NCBI GenBank assembly: GCA_013265495.1
Contig: MU057809.1
Coordinates: forward strand, 498,001-558,000
Direction: 5' to 3'
DNA: 60,000 nucleotides
Source of the DNA: Vicugna vicugna
Lineage: Eukaryota
The position numbers and the translations under genes were made by a program. Shown in pieces: positions 1-13,020 of the stretch (position 1 is the first letter of the stretch; every line of letters starts with the position of its first letter). Under the pieces are notes generated by a model, which saw nothing but the letters and a program-made list of their open reading frames with translations, was not told the origin of the DNA and searched no databases.

Positions 1-734
1 TGCCAGCACCTGGCCGACTCCCACCTGTCTGAGTGCCTGAGGCAGATGCTAACAGCATCCCTGTTTCACAGTCTGAAACTGAGGCTGGTCCTGGCAAGGC
101 TGGAGCAAGGGCACCCAGCCAGTTGACCCCAGCCCGGGGGGAGAACTGGCCACAGGCTGCTCCCCCTGCCCGCTCCCCCCACCCTGGCACGAGCGCACAT
201 TTCTGGCCATTTAACGATGTCCTGCCTGCCTGGGGAGCAGGGTGGGTTCCAGAGAGGGGCGCCAGAGGGAATAAAACCAAGCTAGGTGAGAAATCCAGGC
301 AGAGGGAATTGGGGCGAGGTGGCAGGTGGAATTGTACCCTCCCCCTGGGAGCCCCAGGAGAGAGGAGGCAGGGTGAGATGGAGTGGGGAGGGGAGGTGAG
401 AGGCCCTGTCCTGGGCCCACCCCTGGTGCCTTCTAGCCCACCATAAGGTGGGACCCCTGCGCTCCCTTCCCCGCAGACCTCCACCCTCCTGCAGACCCTG
501 TCTCTGAAGACCCCTCCCCAAGGATTCCAGCTCCCCACGACCCCTCCCCACGGCCCCAGCCCCACGCAGACCCCCAGGCCCAGCCCCAGGTGCGCAGTGC
601 CGCCATGCGGCTCCAGCTGTCAGTTGGGCGATGAATTACACGCTGTAAGAAGGTGTTGACAGGAGCAGCTGGACGCAGGCGGGTGATGAAACAAATTCAC
701 AGCGATCCCGGCGCGGGGCCTCCAGAGCGGTTTG

Positions 735-753
735 GGGCGCCCCCTGCCGGCGG
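735..753 (-). promoter_or_regulatory. Candidate CTCF site
   Basis: Minus strand CGCCGGCAGGGGGCGCC fits the CTCF core CC(A/G)(C/G)(C/T)AG(A/G)(G/T)GGCG. Confidence 0.55.
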
Positions 754-2289
754 CGCGAGGTACTGCCCCACCCCACTGGCACCTCAGTCCCATTTCACAG
801 GTGGGGACACTGAGGCTGAGGCTGCCCAGTGCAGAGCATCAGGGAAGGGGCCCGCGGGAGGGGCCACAGGGCAGGGGGGACCACTCGCTTCCCCTCTGAG
901 CTGCTGTCTGGTCACTTGTCCACCAGCAGGAGACGCCCAGTTTGCAGGGCTGGATGGGGTCACCAGGGAGCAGGGTGGACAGCACAGCAAGGACCGTTGG
1001 ACGTGGGTGCGGCGGAGAGGGGCTGGGGAAGAGGAATGGAGACCCCCCCCAGGCGCGTCATGAGCCCCAGGCCAGGTGAAGACGCTGGCTGCCTTGCTGG
1101 ACCCTCCCCATCGCACCTGCTCTCTAGTGTGGGAAGAGGGGGACCCGGGGCTCTGGGGACAGGTAGGAAGACCCCATCGGCCTCACAGCTGAGATCCCCC
1201 ACCCGCTGCATAGACACGGCTTCAAAGACGGGAAATAGAGAGAAGGCAGAGCACCATCTCAGCTGCAAGCTCACTGCCCCCACTGCCCTGCCCTGCCCCC
1301 TCCTCCCAGGGACAGAGACAGATGGAGACGTAGAGAGACAGACAGACACACAGGCAGGGTCTCAGAAACAGAGGGACAGAAACCCAGAGACAGAGGAAGG
1401 GGGCAGACTCAGAGAAATTTACATGGACGGGACAGAGAGAGGGGTTTCAGGGAAGATGGGCAAAGAGTTTCTCCCTGGGGTATTTGCACAAAGGATTTTC
1501 AAACAGTCTTTGTCTAGGACTGCCTGTGGCCCCGCCCACTGCAGCCAGCAGTGACCACCGTGTGACCCAGGCAGGGCGCGCGGCCCCGCCTCCCCTCTCA
1601 GCCCCGGCGTGGATGTCTGAGCACAGATACAGATGTTCCTGTGGCACGCGGGCCTGGGCACTGGGGAGGGCTGAGGTCCAGCACAGGCACGCTAGCCAGC
1701 TACACTGGCCTGGGCTGGAGCTCCCAGCACCCACCCTGCACAGCCGCGGAGGTGCAGAGACGCAGAACCATGGGCAGGGCCTGGGAGGGGATATTGGCCT
1801 GTGCTTGAATGCTCCCACTGATGAGGGGGTCACTATCCCCAGAGGTGGCCAAAAGAGTCAGACAGTCCATTCTTATTTGGAGACAATTCTTCCTTTCCGT
1901 CAGCCCCCTGCCTCCCAACCCTGATTTCCAACGCTGAGGTCTGGAACAATGCACACCACAGACATCGATTTGACAAACATTTATCAAGCACCTGCTATGT
2001 GCTGGGGGAGGCTGTTGGTGCTAGAGCCATTCCTTAGGAACTAGGAGGCATCGAGGGAGAAAGCACACCCTAGGCCTGAGCCAGCCCCACAAGGCCAGAG
2101 CAGAGGCAGCAGGAAGTGAGCCTTGAATCTGTATCTCTGTGTGCCAGTCCTCAGATACCCTCATGAGAATGTGGGGAGGGTATCACCCCGACTTTTCAGG
2201 TGAGGAAACCGAGGTTCAGAGGAGTTAGGGCCCTATGCTGGGCACCAGGCAGGCTGGGACAAGCCAGACCTTGCTTTGGCCACATGATA

Positions 2290-3050
2290 GGTTTAGGGAT
2301 GAGCATGGAACACGGTTCTGGCATAGAGCCACAGCAGCCATCAAAGTGGGGCTGCGAAAGATGCTGACATAGAAAACGTCAGAACTGAGAGATGGAAAGA
2401 GACTGGGTCTTGATGGCATCATGTGAACTCCTGGATCAAGCCATGCCTGAAGCCAGACCTTGAATTTTCACTTAAGTGAAATAACATATTTCCTTCTTTC
2501 GCTTAAGCCAGCATGAATTGAGTTTTCTGCAGCCTGAATAACTCTAAGTTCAGAGACTTTATGTGTGTAAAATGCATTCCTAAATATAAATGTGTGAATG
2601 CTGTGGGGGGAAGTGAGGGAAGGCCACCCACTATTATAATAAGAGCTAACACGTATGCAGTGCTTAGGATCAGCTCACTGAACCCCGACAGCAGTCCCAT
2701 GAAATAGACTCCACCCCTAGCCTGCGTGTTAGTTAGGGTAAGCAACGCCAACTGCTCTGACCGATAACCCCCAGTGTCACTGACTTACAAATACAAGCTC
2801 ATCATTTGCTCATGGAAAGTCCAAGTAGGTGTTTGGCAGCCAGTGTACAGGTGGTGATTCAGGGACCTGGCTCCCGCCCACCATCCCCCAAGGCCTTGTA
2901 ATCCGCTGGACCTGCCCGGCTGGCGACAAGCACTGAGGGAGGACCGCTTGGAAGAGCCTTAAGGGCCAGGCCCGGGGGCGGCTTACATCTCCTCCGCCAC
3001 ATTTCGGGGCCACCACTCAGTCACGTGGCCGCTCTAACCGCAAGGTGGCC
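2290..3050. mobile_element. Old MaLR LTR fragments (MLT1J/K/L-like), with MIR and L2 pieces nearby
   Basis: ggatcaagccatgcctgaagcc...gcttaagccag...gagttttct (MLT1 3' end) and a second piece beginning tgttagttagggtaag at ~2728. Confidence 0.5.
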
Positions 3051-3224
3051 TAGGAAGTGTGGTCTCACCGGGTGCCCAGCGAGAGAAGGAAAGGGTCCAG
3101 CCTTGCTCTGCGAGGTGGACTAGACGCCCCAAGCCACACAAGTGGGCGGGGACACACTGGGGAGCAGGCTTAAGCCAGGCTGTCTTACTCAAGGCTGCAC
3201 CAGGCCACCTCGCCCCCCTTAGGA

Positions 3225-3900
3225 TGGGGAAACACAGAAAACACAAGCGCTGGTGAGGGTGTGGAGACATCGGAACCCTTTACGTGCACTGTTGGTGATA
3301 ACGTCAAACAGCCGTTGCTGTGGAAGACAGTTTGGCTATTTCTCAAAAAATTGAAATTATTTTATAATCCAGCAACTCCACTCCTGGGTACAGACTCAGA
3401 AGGGTTGAAAACAGGGTCTCAGAGGAGGTACTTGTACGCCCAAGTTCAGAGCAGCATTATTCACACTAGCCAAGCGTGGAGGCAACACAAGTGGCCACAA
3501 GTGGATGAAGAGTTAAGCCAGATATGTACGGTCCGTCCACACAGTGGAACATTATTCAGCCTTAAACAGGAATGAAACCGACACCGGCTACAGCGTGGTG
3601 TGACCTTGACACACGGTGCTCAGTGACGTAAGTCAGACGCAGAGGACAGACGCTGTGTGACCTCACTTCTGTGAGGGCCCCGGAGGAGTCGGAGCCACAG
3701 AAACAAAGCAGAGGGTGGGGGCCGGCGGCTGGGGCTGGCGGCTGGGGGGCTAGCGTTTAGAGGGGACAGAGCTTCATTTTGGGAAGATGAGAGTTCTGGA
3801 TACAGATGGTGGTGATGGTTGCACAACAGTGTGGATGTGCTCAGCACCCCTGAACTGAGCATTTAAAAACGGAAAAGGTGGTAAGTTCTACGTAACGAGA
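3225..3900 (+). mobile_element. Ancient LINE-1 (L1M-type) 3' fragment
   Basis: Typical L1 ORF2-end and 3'UTR motifs: gctggtgagggtgtggag, tgtggaagacagtttggc, ccagcaactccactcctggg, gatgagagttctgga...ggtgatggttgcacaac. Boundaries approximate. Confidence 0.8.
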
Positions 3901-4879
3901 ATCTCCTCATGAGGGAATAAGTCGGGGGAGGGAGAACTTGCGTACCTTGCATCTCCCGGTGGAGCGTCCCTGGGGAGCGAGGCGGCTCTGGGAGGCCGGC
4001 CCCACCAACCTGCCATGGGGCCCTGCCGTGTGACAGTCTGATTCTCCCCCTGGCGCTGTCACTTGTAAGCGACCTCACCTACCCCCAGTTAGCGGTTTTC
4101 GTCTGGGGCGGGCGTGGTGGCTTCTAAGAGTCACTGCAGTTGGAAGATGGTGATCTTTTTCCTTCTCTAGGACGAACACCAGGTGAAGACGACACCGTTT
4201 CCCTGGTGGGAGCACCCGGCTCTGCGGTCTCCTGCTCACACAGCCCGCCGCTTCGGAGGGCTGTTTATGGCTCTTCTCCTGACGGGACCGCGAGCTCCTC
4301 CAGGGCAGGTCCCGGCGCAGGGCAGGAAGTCAGGGAACGTGTAGTAAGTGGGTGGACGAGGAAAAGGGCTGAAGGACAGAAGGTGGGCAAGTCAGGGAAG
4401 GCAGGCGTGTCTAGCTCTGCCCCGCAGCCCCTCCGGGGGCAGCCCCGCGTTCCCGCCCGTGGCTCAGCTCACACCAGCCAGCTCCCCTCCGCCGCCCCGC
4501 CCCTCGGGAGCTGCAGAGCCTTCAGGAGGCCCTGGTCCCCAGGGGAGGCGAGGCTGGGGTCTCCAACCTGCCATGCCAGGGGGCCGGGGTGCTGGGCCCT
4601 GCTCCGCCTCAGTCCCCCGTCTCAGGCAGAAGTGGCCGGGACACTCCCTGGATCTGTCTTCCTGATTTTCTGCCCCAGGCCTTTAGACGCGATGCTTGAA
4701 ATGACCAGAAAAGTGGACACGGAAGCAGTTAGCAATGTCTTAAATGACTGATTGAATGTCGGGGAAAGGGCCACACTGTTCGCATGGTCGACGGGACGTA
4801 AGCAGGCGCCATCTTTCTGGAGGGCGCTGGGAGAACTTGCCCGACCGCAGGCAAGCCTGCGGTGTCCATCCTACGAGTA

Positions 4880-5030
4880 ATCACGGCCGGGATGGAGAGC
4901 TGGGGTTAGTGTTTATGGGACAGAGTTCTAGTTTGGAAAGATGAGAAGGTTCTGGAGACGGACGGTGGTGATGGTTGCACAAGGGTGTGAAAGCCCTTAA
5001 TGCCGCCGGAACATACACTTTAAAGAAAAC
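4880..5030 (+). mobile_element. L1M 3'UTR fragment
   Basis: gtttatgggacagagtt...gatgagaaggttctggagacgg...ggtgatggttgcac motif. Confidence 0.65.
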
Positions 5031-5132
5031 CTCTGGCCGGACGACAGTGACGCACAGACAGCCCGCGCCGCCCATCCCGCAGCCGGCGCAGAGACCGCGC
5101 ACCGACCCCGCACCCTTTCTGGCCGAGCCTCG

Positions 5133-5571
5133 TGCATCAGGTCCCCGTTGCTGCTGTAACAAATTACCCCAAACTCAGAAACTCAAAACAACACAATAAA
5201 AATAAACGTATCTTTTTTCTTACCGTTCTGGAGGCCAGACGTCTAAGGTGTCTGCAGGGCTGGCTCCTCCTGGAGGCTCAGGGGGACCTGTCTCCTTGCC
5301 TTTTGCAGCGTCCACAGCCTGCCCTCACGCCTCACTCACGGACCCATCCTCCGTCCATCCCAAAGCCAGCAGCAGACCGTCCCCCCCACCCCCGACTGCT
5401 TGGCTCCCCTAGGAGGGCCCTTGTGCCGCCCCGCGCCCACCTGGACTGGCCGGAGCCGCGCCTCTGCTCCGCGCCCTCCCAGCCATGCTCCTTTCGGCGT
5501 AAGGCAGTCTCATCTCAGGTTCTGGGGACTAGGTCGTGCACATCTGTGGGGGCCATTGTTTAGTCTCCACA
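5133..5571 (-). mobile_element. MaLR solo LTR (MLT1A-C-like)
   Basis: gctgctgtaacaaattacc...aaaacaacac...ttctggaggccaga...ggggccatt..., the reverse orientation of the MLT1 consensus. Confidence 0.75.
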
Positions 5572-6149
5572 CCTGGGTTAGACCTCAGACTCTTACCTCG
5601 GTGGGCCACAGAGTCACAAGCCGTCGGAGTTGGGCCTTGTGCTGACACAGCGTCATAGCACGCACGTTCCTTGGCGTCCAGCTAGTCGGCACCAGGAACA
5701 CGGGTCTGCAGGCGAGAGCTTTTCCCCTTGTGTACTTGGGAGCTGCCCGGTTTTAGCAATGAACCTGTGCTCTTACAGTCGGATAGATGACTGGCAGATA
5801 AACGCAGATGTAATGGACTGGTGAGTGAGTGACAGATGATTGATGCGTACACGGCGGCTGCAGATGAGGGGCAAGTGGAGAGAGGAGAGTGGACGGGAAG
5901 ACGGCACAGACGGATGGGATGTGCTGAAACCTGGCGCTACAGGGACGGCCCTTAGCTCTCACAAGACAGGGTGGTCTGGGGGGACAGGTCACTCCCAAGA
6001 GGTGGCACAGGATGGGGGCGGAAACTGAAGACCCGGAGGTTTGTGTGGGGCAGCCCCACGGGGCGGAGGGGAGCTGCACCTCCCTCCTGGTGGAGCCCCC
6101 AGCCCGGGACCGGCCCCTGAACCCCAGCATCACCAAGCTGGCATCAGGT

Positions 6150-6560
6150 CCACCATTTGTCAGGAATTCAATTAGATGGGAGAGCCATTATTAATTTTAC
6201 AGGCTTTGCTGGTCTGGAGGCTGCACAGGGGGCGAAATCCGGGGCCGCCCCTCCCCTGGGGGCCCGGGGTCAGCCTGCAGAGGCAGCGCGAAGGCACTAG
6301 TCGAGGTATTAATGAGATGCCTCTAGGTGCAAATAATAGTTTAATAGGTGTGACTTAACGGGGGCGCCAGCCGCACCTTCCCCGCACACCCACACCGCCC
6401 GCTGCGCCGGCCTCCCGTCTTGTTAGAATAAGTAATTAGACTGTATGGACACTCACTTTGACACTTTAATAAAGTGTCAGCCGTCACCCATGTGGTACTT
6501 AATAAAATAAAATTAAATATTTATTACATTTTTGTATGCATTGTATTTAAAACCCACCCA
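6150..6560. promoter_or_regulatory. Candidate conserved non-coding enhancer
   Basis: caattag, cattattaatt, gtattaatga, gtaattag and tgaca motifs in a unique AT-rich island. Confidence 0.5.
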
Positions 6561-6671
6561 TCCCCCCACTCACCACCCACTCCCGGCCCCCGAGGTTCTT
6601 ATCCCAAGGACACCCCCTTCCTAACCCTCAGGAACCACCCGGTGGTGGAGAGGAGGCTGAAAGTGGGTGGG

Positions 6672-6782
6672 NNNNNNNNNNNNNNNNNNNNNNNNNNNNN
6701 NNNNNNNNNNNNNNNNNNNNNNNNNNNNNNNNNNNNNNNNNNNNNNNNNNNNNNNNNNNNNNNNNNNNNNNNNNNNNNNNNN
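6672..6782. other. Assembly gap (111 N)
   Basis: Run of N. Confidence 1.
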
Positions 6783-9700
6783 GTTGGACAAGGAGGGGGC
6801 GGTGAGGAGGGAGGGGCCGCCGCACAGGTGAGCGAAAAGCAGGGGGGCAGCTCCAAGGATGAGGCCGAGGTCTGAGGCCAGGTCTGTTTTTTCTCCTCTC
6901 CTGTCACCCGGGCCAGGACTGGCCTCTGCCCCACCTCCCGCCTTTGAATTTGCCATCTGCAGAGGGCGCTGAGACCCCCGCCACACCAGCCCCGTGCCTG
7001 AGCTGTGTCAGGATGGCAGGGCTCCCCTCCAGGAGCGAACGGGCAGGTGTGATGGGGGCTGCATAGACCTCAGGCTCAGAGCATCCCAGAGACCCCAAAC
7101 AGCATCACCCCTGCCCAGTGACCAACAGTGGGCACGTCCTGAGGACTTGTGGGGTCTGAGGACTTGGGGTCACTCCTACCACCACACGTGGGAACTCCCC
7201 CCACCCTGCCGCCCCAGCCTCCCTCCCCAGCTGAAGCCCCATTTCTCCCTCTCTCAACCCCCGTGCCCCCACCCCCCGCAGCTGCCAGAAAAACTGTTTT
7301 CTGACGACAAAAGTAAGGACCAGGGAGGCTGAAAGGAAGAGGGGGGAGAGGAAGGGCAGACCCCAGGACCATTACGTGGAGGGTCACGTGGTCACCGGAC
7401 TTGCCCCCTGCCCCGCCCCAGGACCTGCCCTGGAGAGCCAGGGGTCTGTGCACCCAACGGGGGCTTCGGACCATAGAGGACCCCGCGCCTTAGCCCCCAC
7501 ATACCCTCTGAGGAGCTGGACCAGCTCTCTCTCTGGGAGCATCGTTCGCGGGATGACGAACCTCTAGGAGCCTGGGCCCCTGACGCGGGGCCAGGAGAGG
7601 GCTGACCTGCCCCAGCCATGTGGCCGGAAACCGGAAACGGCCCCATGCCGAGCACGGGGAGGGGAGGGCCAGGCAGTGAGGAAAGTCACAGCCCCCGGGC
7701 CTCGTTAGCGTTGAGAGGAGCCGGCTGCCACCACGGGGGCCGCTTGTGGGAGGTCCTGGGGCAGGCGGGCCCCCGGGCTGTGAGGAAGGTGGCTGTGTTC
7801 CCTGCCAGACTTCTCTGATGTGCTGACCACAAAGGCTTGGCTTGAAGGCCGTCTTCAGAAGCATCTTGCAGGCGCCGCACCCACCCCCTCCCGGTGGCGT
7901 CGGACACAGCAGCCTCCCCTGGGCAGGGGGAGCCTGAGGACCCTGGCAGAAAAGGAGCCCCCGCTTGGCCCATCCCCTTCTGTCCCTCACCCGCCCCAGG
8001 ACGGACAAGCCCCTCCCCAGTGCCCATCAGTCCCTCTCCCAGCCATAAGCCTGCTGCTGCCCAGGCGCCCGCCTGGGGCCTCTGCCTCCCGGCGGCAGAG
8101 CTGGGGCTGGGGGCTCCGATGACGGACCAAAGCCCCCGCAGGGTTGGAGGCCAATCCGGTGCCGGGCCCCCAGGAGCCTGAGGCTGAAAGGAAGCTGGAA
8201 ATTCAGCTCCTTGCAATGCTGCTCCTTGTGGACCTCGTGTATTAACTCTGAGCATTTTAAATACTGGACTAAACTCACTGACCCGGACGCTGGGTGAGGG
8301 CCTGCCCACCTCGGCCTGGCCCTGCTAACAGGCAGCCACAGCACCGTGCCCCATGGAGGCCCCGCAGGAGCCCAGAGCACCGCCTGGGAGCCAGTCAGCG
8401 GCCCTCCCTCCAGCATCCCGCCAGGCCTAGGCCTCGAGCCGCGGGACGCAGCTGGGCGTGTCAAGGCTGGTTTGTGACAAATACACAGGGTTTTGAGGGA
8501 CAGCTGAGCCGAGACAAGGGCTACCCGGCAGGACAGTGGGCGACCACCGGCTCTGTCTCTGTCCCTCTCTCTGTCTGTCTCTTCCTCTCCTCCACCCCCA
8601 TGTTTGTAGCTGAATCCCTATGAATTAAATTTATACCCAGAAGATGGGGTTCTCCTGAACTCGCTGACTCCATGACCGGTGTCGCCAGCTCGCTAGACAC
8701 CCGCCTGCACCCTCGGGCGCTCCACGCACACCTCCCCTCTGCCAGCAGCTCAGCCAGGCCGGGTCATCACTGCGTCTGCAGGCAGGAAACCGAGGCTCCC
8801 CTGGGCGGTGTGACGGGCCCGCACCCCCCTGGGAGCAGCGGAAGGCAGGTGATCCCCACCCAGACCCATCTTTGGGTCCTCAGCACCCCGTTCTTACTGT
8901 TCCCACCCCATGAGCTGGCTCGTGGGTGCTCCGGATGCCGGCGGGCCCAGGAAACCTGGCGGTGGGCACCCCGGGGACATCAGGACATCAGGACTTGGGG
9001 AGAATGAGGTCGCACACAGCCAGGCTGAGCAGAGGGGGTCCCGCCACAGAGCCAGAGCACTGTTAGGACACTGAGGGTGAGGGAGGAGTGGTCCCTGGGC
9101 CCTCAGCCTGCCCCAGGCCGGAAGCCTCCTGGACCTGTTTCTACGGCCACAGGGCCTGGCTGCCCACGGACCGGGAAGCCGGCAGGCTGGGCAAACGGCT
9201 CCAGCCCCGGATCCCAGCTGTACCCCCACCCTCTGGGAACCAGGTCGGCCGCATGGGCACCTTCCTGTTCCCCTCTCCCTCGACCCCCAGACTCTGCTCC
9301 ACGGCTGGGCCACTTGGCTGACCTGTGTGATCGGGTGCTGAGGGTCCCCGCCTCCCAGACTCCTGGCAGACATTCTGTTGACAGTCAGTGATGCGGCCTG
9401 TTTGTCGGTTTATATGCAGGGGTGTGTGGGCACTCTCCCGGCCTGACGTGGGAGGGGTCTGGCTGAGAGGGCACAGCACTGGGGCCTGCACAGACCCCTC
9501 CTCACAGGAGATGTGGACTCAGGATGTAAACCCGGCCAGAGATCTTCCCACAATGCCCTGGGCTGGAGCCATCCCTGTGCAGAGCCCCCGCCCCAGGGTT
9601 GTGCCCACTACACCCCTCCTCTTGTCCCCCTGGCCTGGTGCAGGACTGCGTGGATGAAGGGTGATGCTGTCAGGGCCCTCTGAGACCACCAGCCCGGCCC

Positions 9701-12199
9701 CCCATGCCAGGGGAGGGACCGACCGTCAGCCTGGCCTCAATGGCCTGAAAACCCCAGAACTGTATTTTCCACCCTCAGCCTTCAGCCGGGGGCTCCTCAG
9801 ACCCTCCCTCGGGAAGCCCCTCTCACACCACCTCCCCGGGCACTGGTGGGCGGGGGCACAGTGACAGTGTGACAGCCCTTCCTCCAGGCGGAGTGGAAGG
9901 CGTGTGCCACCCTGCCCAGAACTGGGCCTCCACCCTCTGGGAGGCGGGGCCTTCAGGGGTCCTGTGACCACCCCAGTAACATCACGTGTCACAGCCCCGC
10001 TTTCTTCGCTCTGCAGAAGCTCCTCTCTCGGCCTCCAAAGTCTTTGCCAGACGGCACTTTCCACACGTGGGGAGCTGGCCCCCAGGGCCGCCCCCTTGCC
10101 ACCAGGACACCCCGAGGCGTGTTGCCCAGCAACGGCTTGGCGCAACCAGGGCGACCGCCAGCCTCATCTCACCAAAGCCCTGGTGTTTACTGCGTCAGTG
10201 CCTCCTGGCCCCGGGAGCCCGGGCAACCGGCCTCCTGTGCCATCCCCGGGGGCCGGCGCGGACCCTCGGCCTCTCCCGGGCTCACAGGTCAAGTGCCTGC
10301 GCTGGAGTCCAGGGGAGGCTGGTTGGTGGGTGCCCTCGCCACGGGGCATGTGTGACCCCAGCAGGCCTGCAGCATCCAGCCTGGCACTCAAGGCCTTTCC
10401 TTCGTCCCCATCGGCTGAGGGCAAGACGAGATTTCTGTGTGGCCCTCGGCCCCCTCACCTGCGAGGTAGCTGGGGTTGTCTGTCATCACCAGCCTGGGAT
10501 GGGGTGACAGGGCTTTGCAAACTGTAAAGTGCTTCTGTGTCCCCATCCTGTCTCATCTGGTGGCCCAGGTCCCAGGCACTGGGAAGCCCATGGCTTTGGT
10601 AATTCCCAACCTGCAAAATTGTACCAACAGCCCCAGCTGCGTTTGCATCAAAATTGGTTGCAAAGAGCAATTAGCACTTCATTAATAATCAATGAGGTGC
10701 CACTTTCCACATGGCCCAAGAACAAATTGCTGATTCGGGCTGGCCTGTGACAGGGAGGGCTATGGTGCCAGACTGGGCAGAGAGAGTTCCAAAAGTGACG
10801 GGGTGGGGGGCAGCTGGGTCCTTCCCACTCGCGTCTGCTCCCATGGAGGTGGGAAGGCGGCGGGGGAGGGGAGCGGTGAATGAATGAGTTCTCACCTGTG
10901 CGGGCCAGGTGACAGAGGCCCACCTGGGGATGGAATGGGGCGACCTTGGCTGCAGCAGGACCCGGGGAGCCCCTGCCCGTCCACCCTCCAGTTCCTCAGG
11001 AGGGTCCCTCTCAGGGACCATAGCTCTGGCCGGAGGGAAACCCCAGGATGCAGCGGGCACCTGGCAGGTGGGAACCGCTCCCTCTGTGGGTGTGTGCAGG
11101 GCCTGACCCAGGTGGGTGCACTGAGGACGCAGGACCCATTGCTTCCCCCGAGGCTGTCATGGGGTGGGCGGGACCTTTCCTCAGCACCCACGGCATACAT
11201 GCCACGCTTCCCTCTTCACACGGGGTATCCTTCTGTCCCACTGCATAGGTGAGGATGCCAGACCCAGGGAGCGTGGCGGGGCCTGAGCGCCGCACACTGC
11301 AATCCCACAGGCACCGCAATGGCCTTCACTTTCTGTTCCCACCGCTTTGTGGGCACCTCTGTTTAAGAAACCCTTTCCCAGCAACTGACAGAGGGAGGCT
11401 TGACCTTACAAGTCAGGTGAGGCCCTTGTGGCCTGGGTCAGTCAAGGAGGGCTCCCTGGAGGAGGAGAAGGGGGCCAAGTCAGACAGCTGCTTTTGCCAC
11501 CCCTCCCCACAGACCAGGCATTTGCACCTGCTGCCCCCCACTCTGTCCGGGTGCCCCCCCAGCCCCCTCTGCTTTAAGGCTTAGCTCAGGTTACCCGGAA
11601 GCCTCCTGGCTGGGGGCACTTCAGGGAAGGCTTCAGAGCTGGCATACAATGGGGCAGAAGCCAAGAAGAGACACACAGTGGACACACAACGTGACCTCTG
11701 AGCTGGGATGGGCTCGCACGGCCAGTGAGGTCACCGGAGTGGAGGGCGCTGGAGAGGAACCAGGCCTGGGACACCTGGAGGGAGAGCTTCTCGGCAGAGG
11801 GAACAGCTGTGCAAAGGCCCTGAGGTGGGTGGGAGCAGGCACTCGGATCAGAGATGGCTGGCAAATTTGGGCAGAGTTCGGAGCGGAGAGAGGAGGGGGA
11901 GGAAGTTGGCTGAGACAGGGGTCTTCAGCAAGGGATGACGGATGTGGCCTGGGGTCTGCTGGCTGCCATGGGAGGCTGCTTGGGAGGGACACGGCAGGAC
12001 CATAGAGGGGGTCTTGGTGTCATGGGCGGTGGGGGCGGGGAGACTGAGGGCAGCTCAGCCGCAGGTGGGGGTGGCGGAGCTATCGGGTTTGCTTGTCACC
12101 GGCGGGTGTAAGGGGACCCCCAGCTGGGGCCACGCAGGACTTCTCCAGTTCCACCAGGGCCCAGCCTCCCAGCCACCTCCTGCCTGCACCCACCACCCT

Positions 12200-12540
12200 C
12201 ACCACGAGATTGAATTTACAGCAGACTCCAACACATTTAAATCCATTTATTGCAAAATTACTTTTCAATAATTATATCACCGTGCCGACTGTGTTGCCTA
12301 ATGAAATTAGCATGAGAGATATTAGAGAGAATATAAAATTATAAGAAATATTGAAATACCTCTTTCCCGTCTGTCTTCATGAGGCCTCGTAGCTTAACTG
12401 GGAAGCGGGCACACCTCGTGGATGGGATTGGAATGCACAGAGTGTCATTTTATAATGTCTTTTGTATAAATTAATTATAACGGTTATTGCAGCTTCCTAT
12501 TATTGCATTGAAATTTGCCTCCACTCAAGCCAATTAGGGG
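12200..12540. promoter_or_regulatory. Candidate conserved non-coding enhancer
   Basis: AT-rich unique island; TAATGAAATTA at 12299-12309, taaattaatta, gccaattag. Confidence 0.6.
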
Positions 12541-12779
12541 AGAATAGGACCCTGGCTAGAGGCTGCAAGTCTCCCGGGGCCACAGAGTAGTGAGGGAGGG
12601 ACAGGAGGAAAGGCCTGGGCTTTGCGATCAGGAGATCAGGGTTCCAGTTTTGGCCCTGCTGGGCGTCTCCAGTAAAGCCACGTAACTTCTCTGATCTTAG
12701 GTTTCCCTCAACTATTAAAAAAAATCCCTAAGACTAAGTCAGCCATGTCGCTGGAGGCGCTGATGAGCGCTACTAGGGG

Positions 12780-13020
12780 CCCAGCAGAAGTCACCGCAGT
12801 GCCAGCGGCTCTCAGGCTCAGCAGCTTAAGGCAACAGTAAACATTGGTTTTCGCAGCAAGCATCTGGGATCAGGATTTGGGAGCGGCTGGGTTAGGGGTC
12901 TGGCTCAGGGGCTCCCGCGGCTGCCGGAGGGAGTCAGCTGGAGCTGACTGGGGCCCGAGGAGCCCCATCCAGCTGGTGCAGGGGTCAGTCCCAGCTGTTG
13001 GCCGGGGGACTCAGCTCCTC
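12780..13020 (-). mobile_element. MaLR LTR fragment (MLT1F-H-like)
   Basis: cagcagcttaaggcaacagtaaac...tctgggatcaggatttggg...ggctgggt pattern. Confidence 0.45.

Noticed and set aside
6950..6972. Quasi-palindromic CTCF-like sequence TGCCATCTGCAGAGGGCGCTG
   Set aside because: Lacks the leading CC of the core on both strands; too weak to call by eye in GC-rich DNA.
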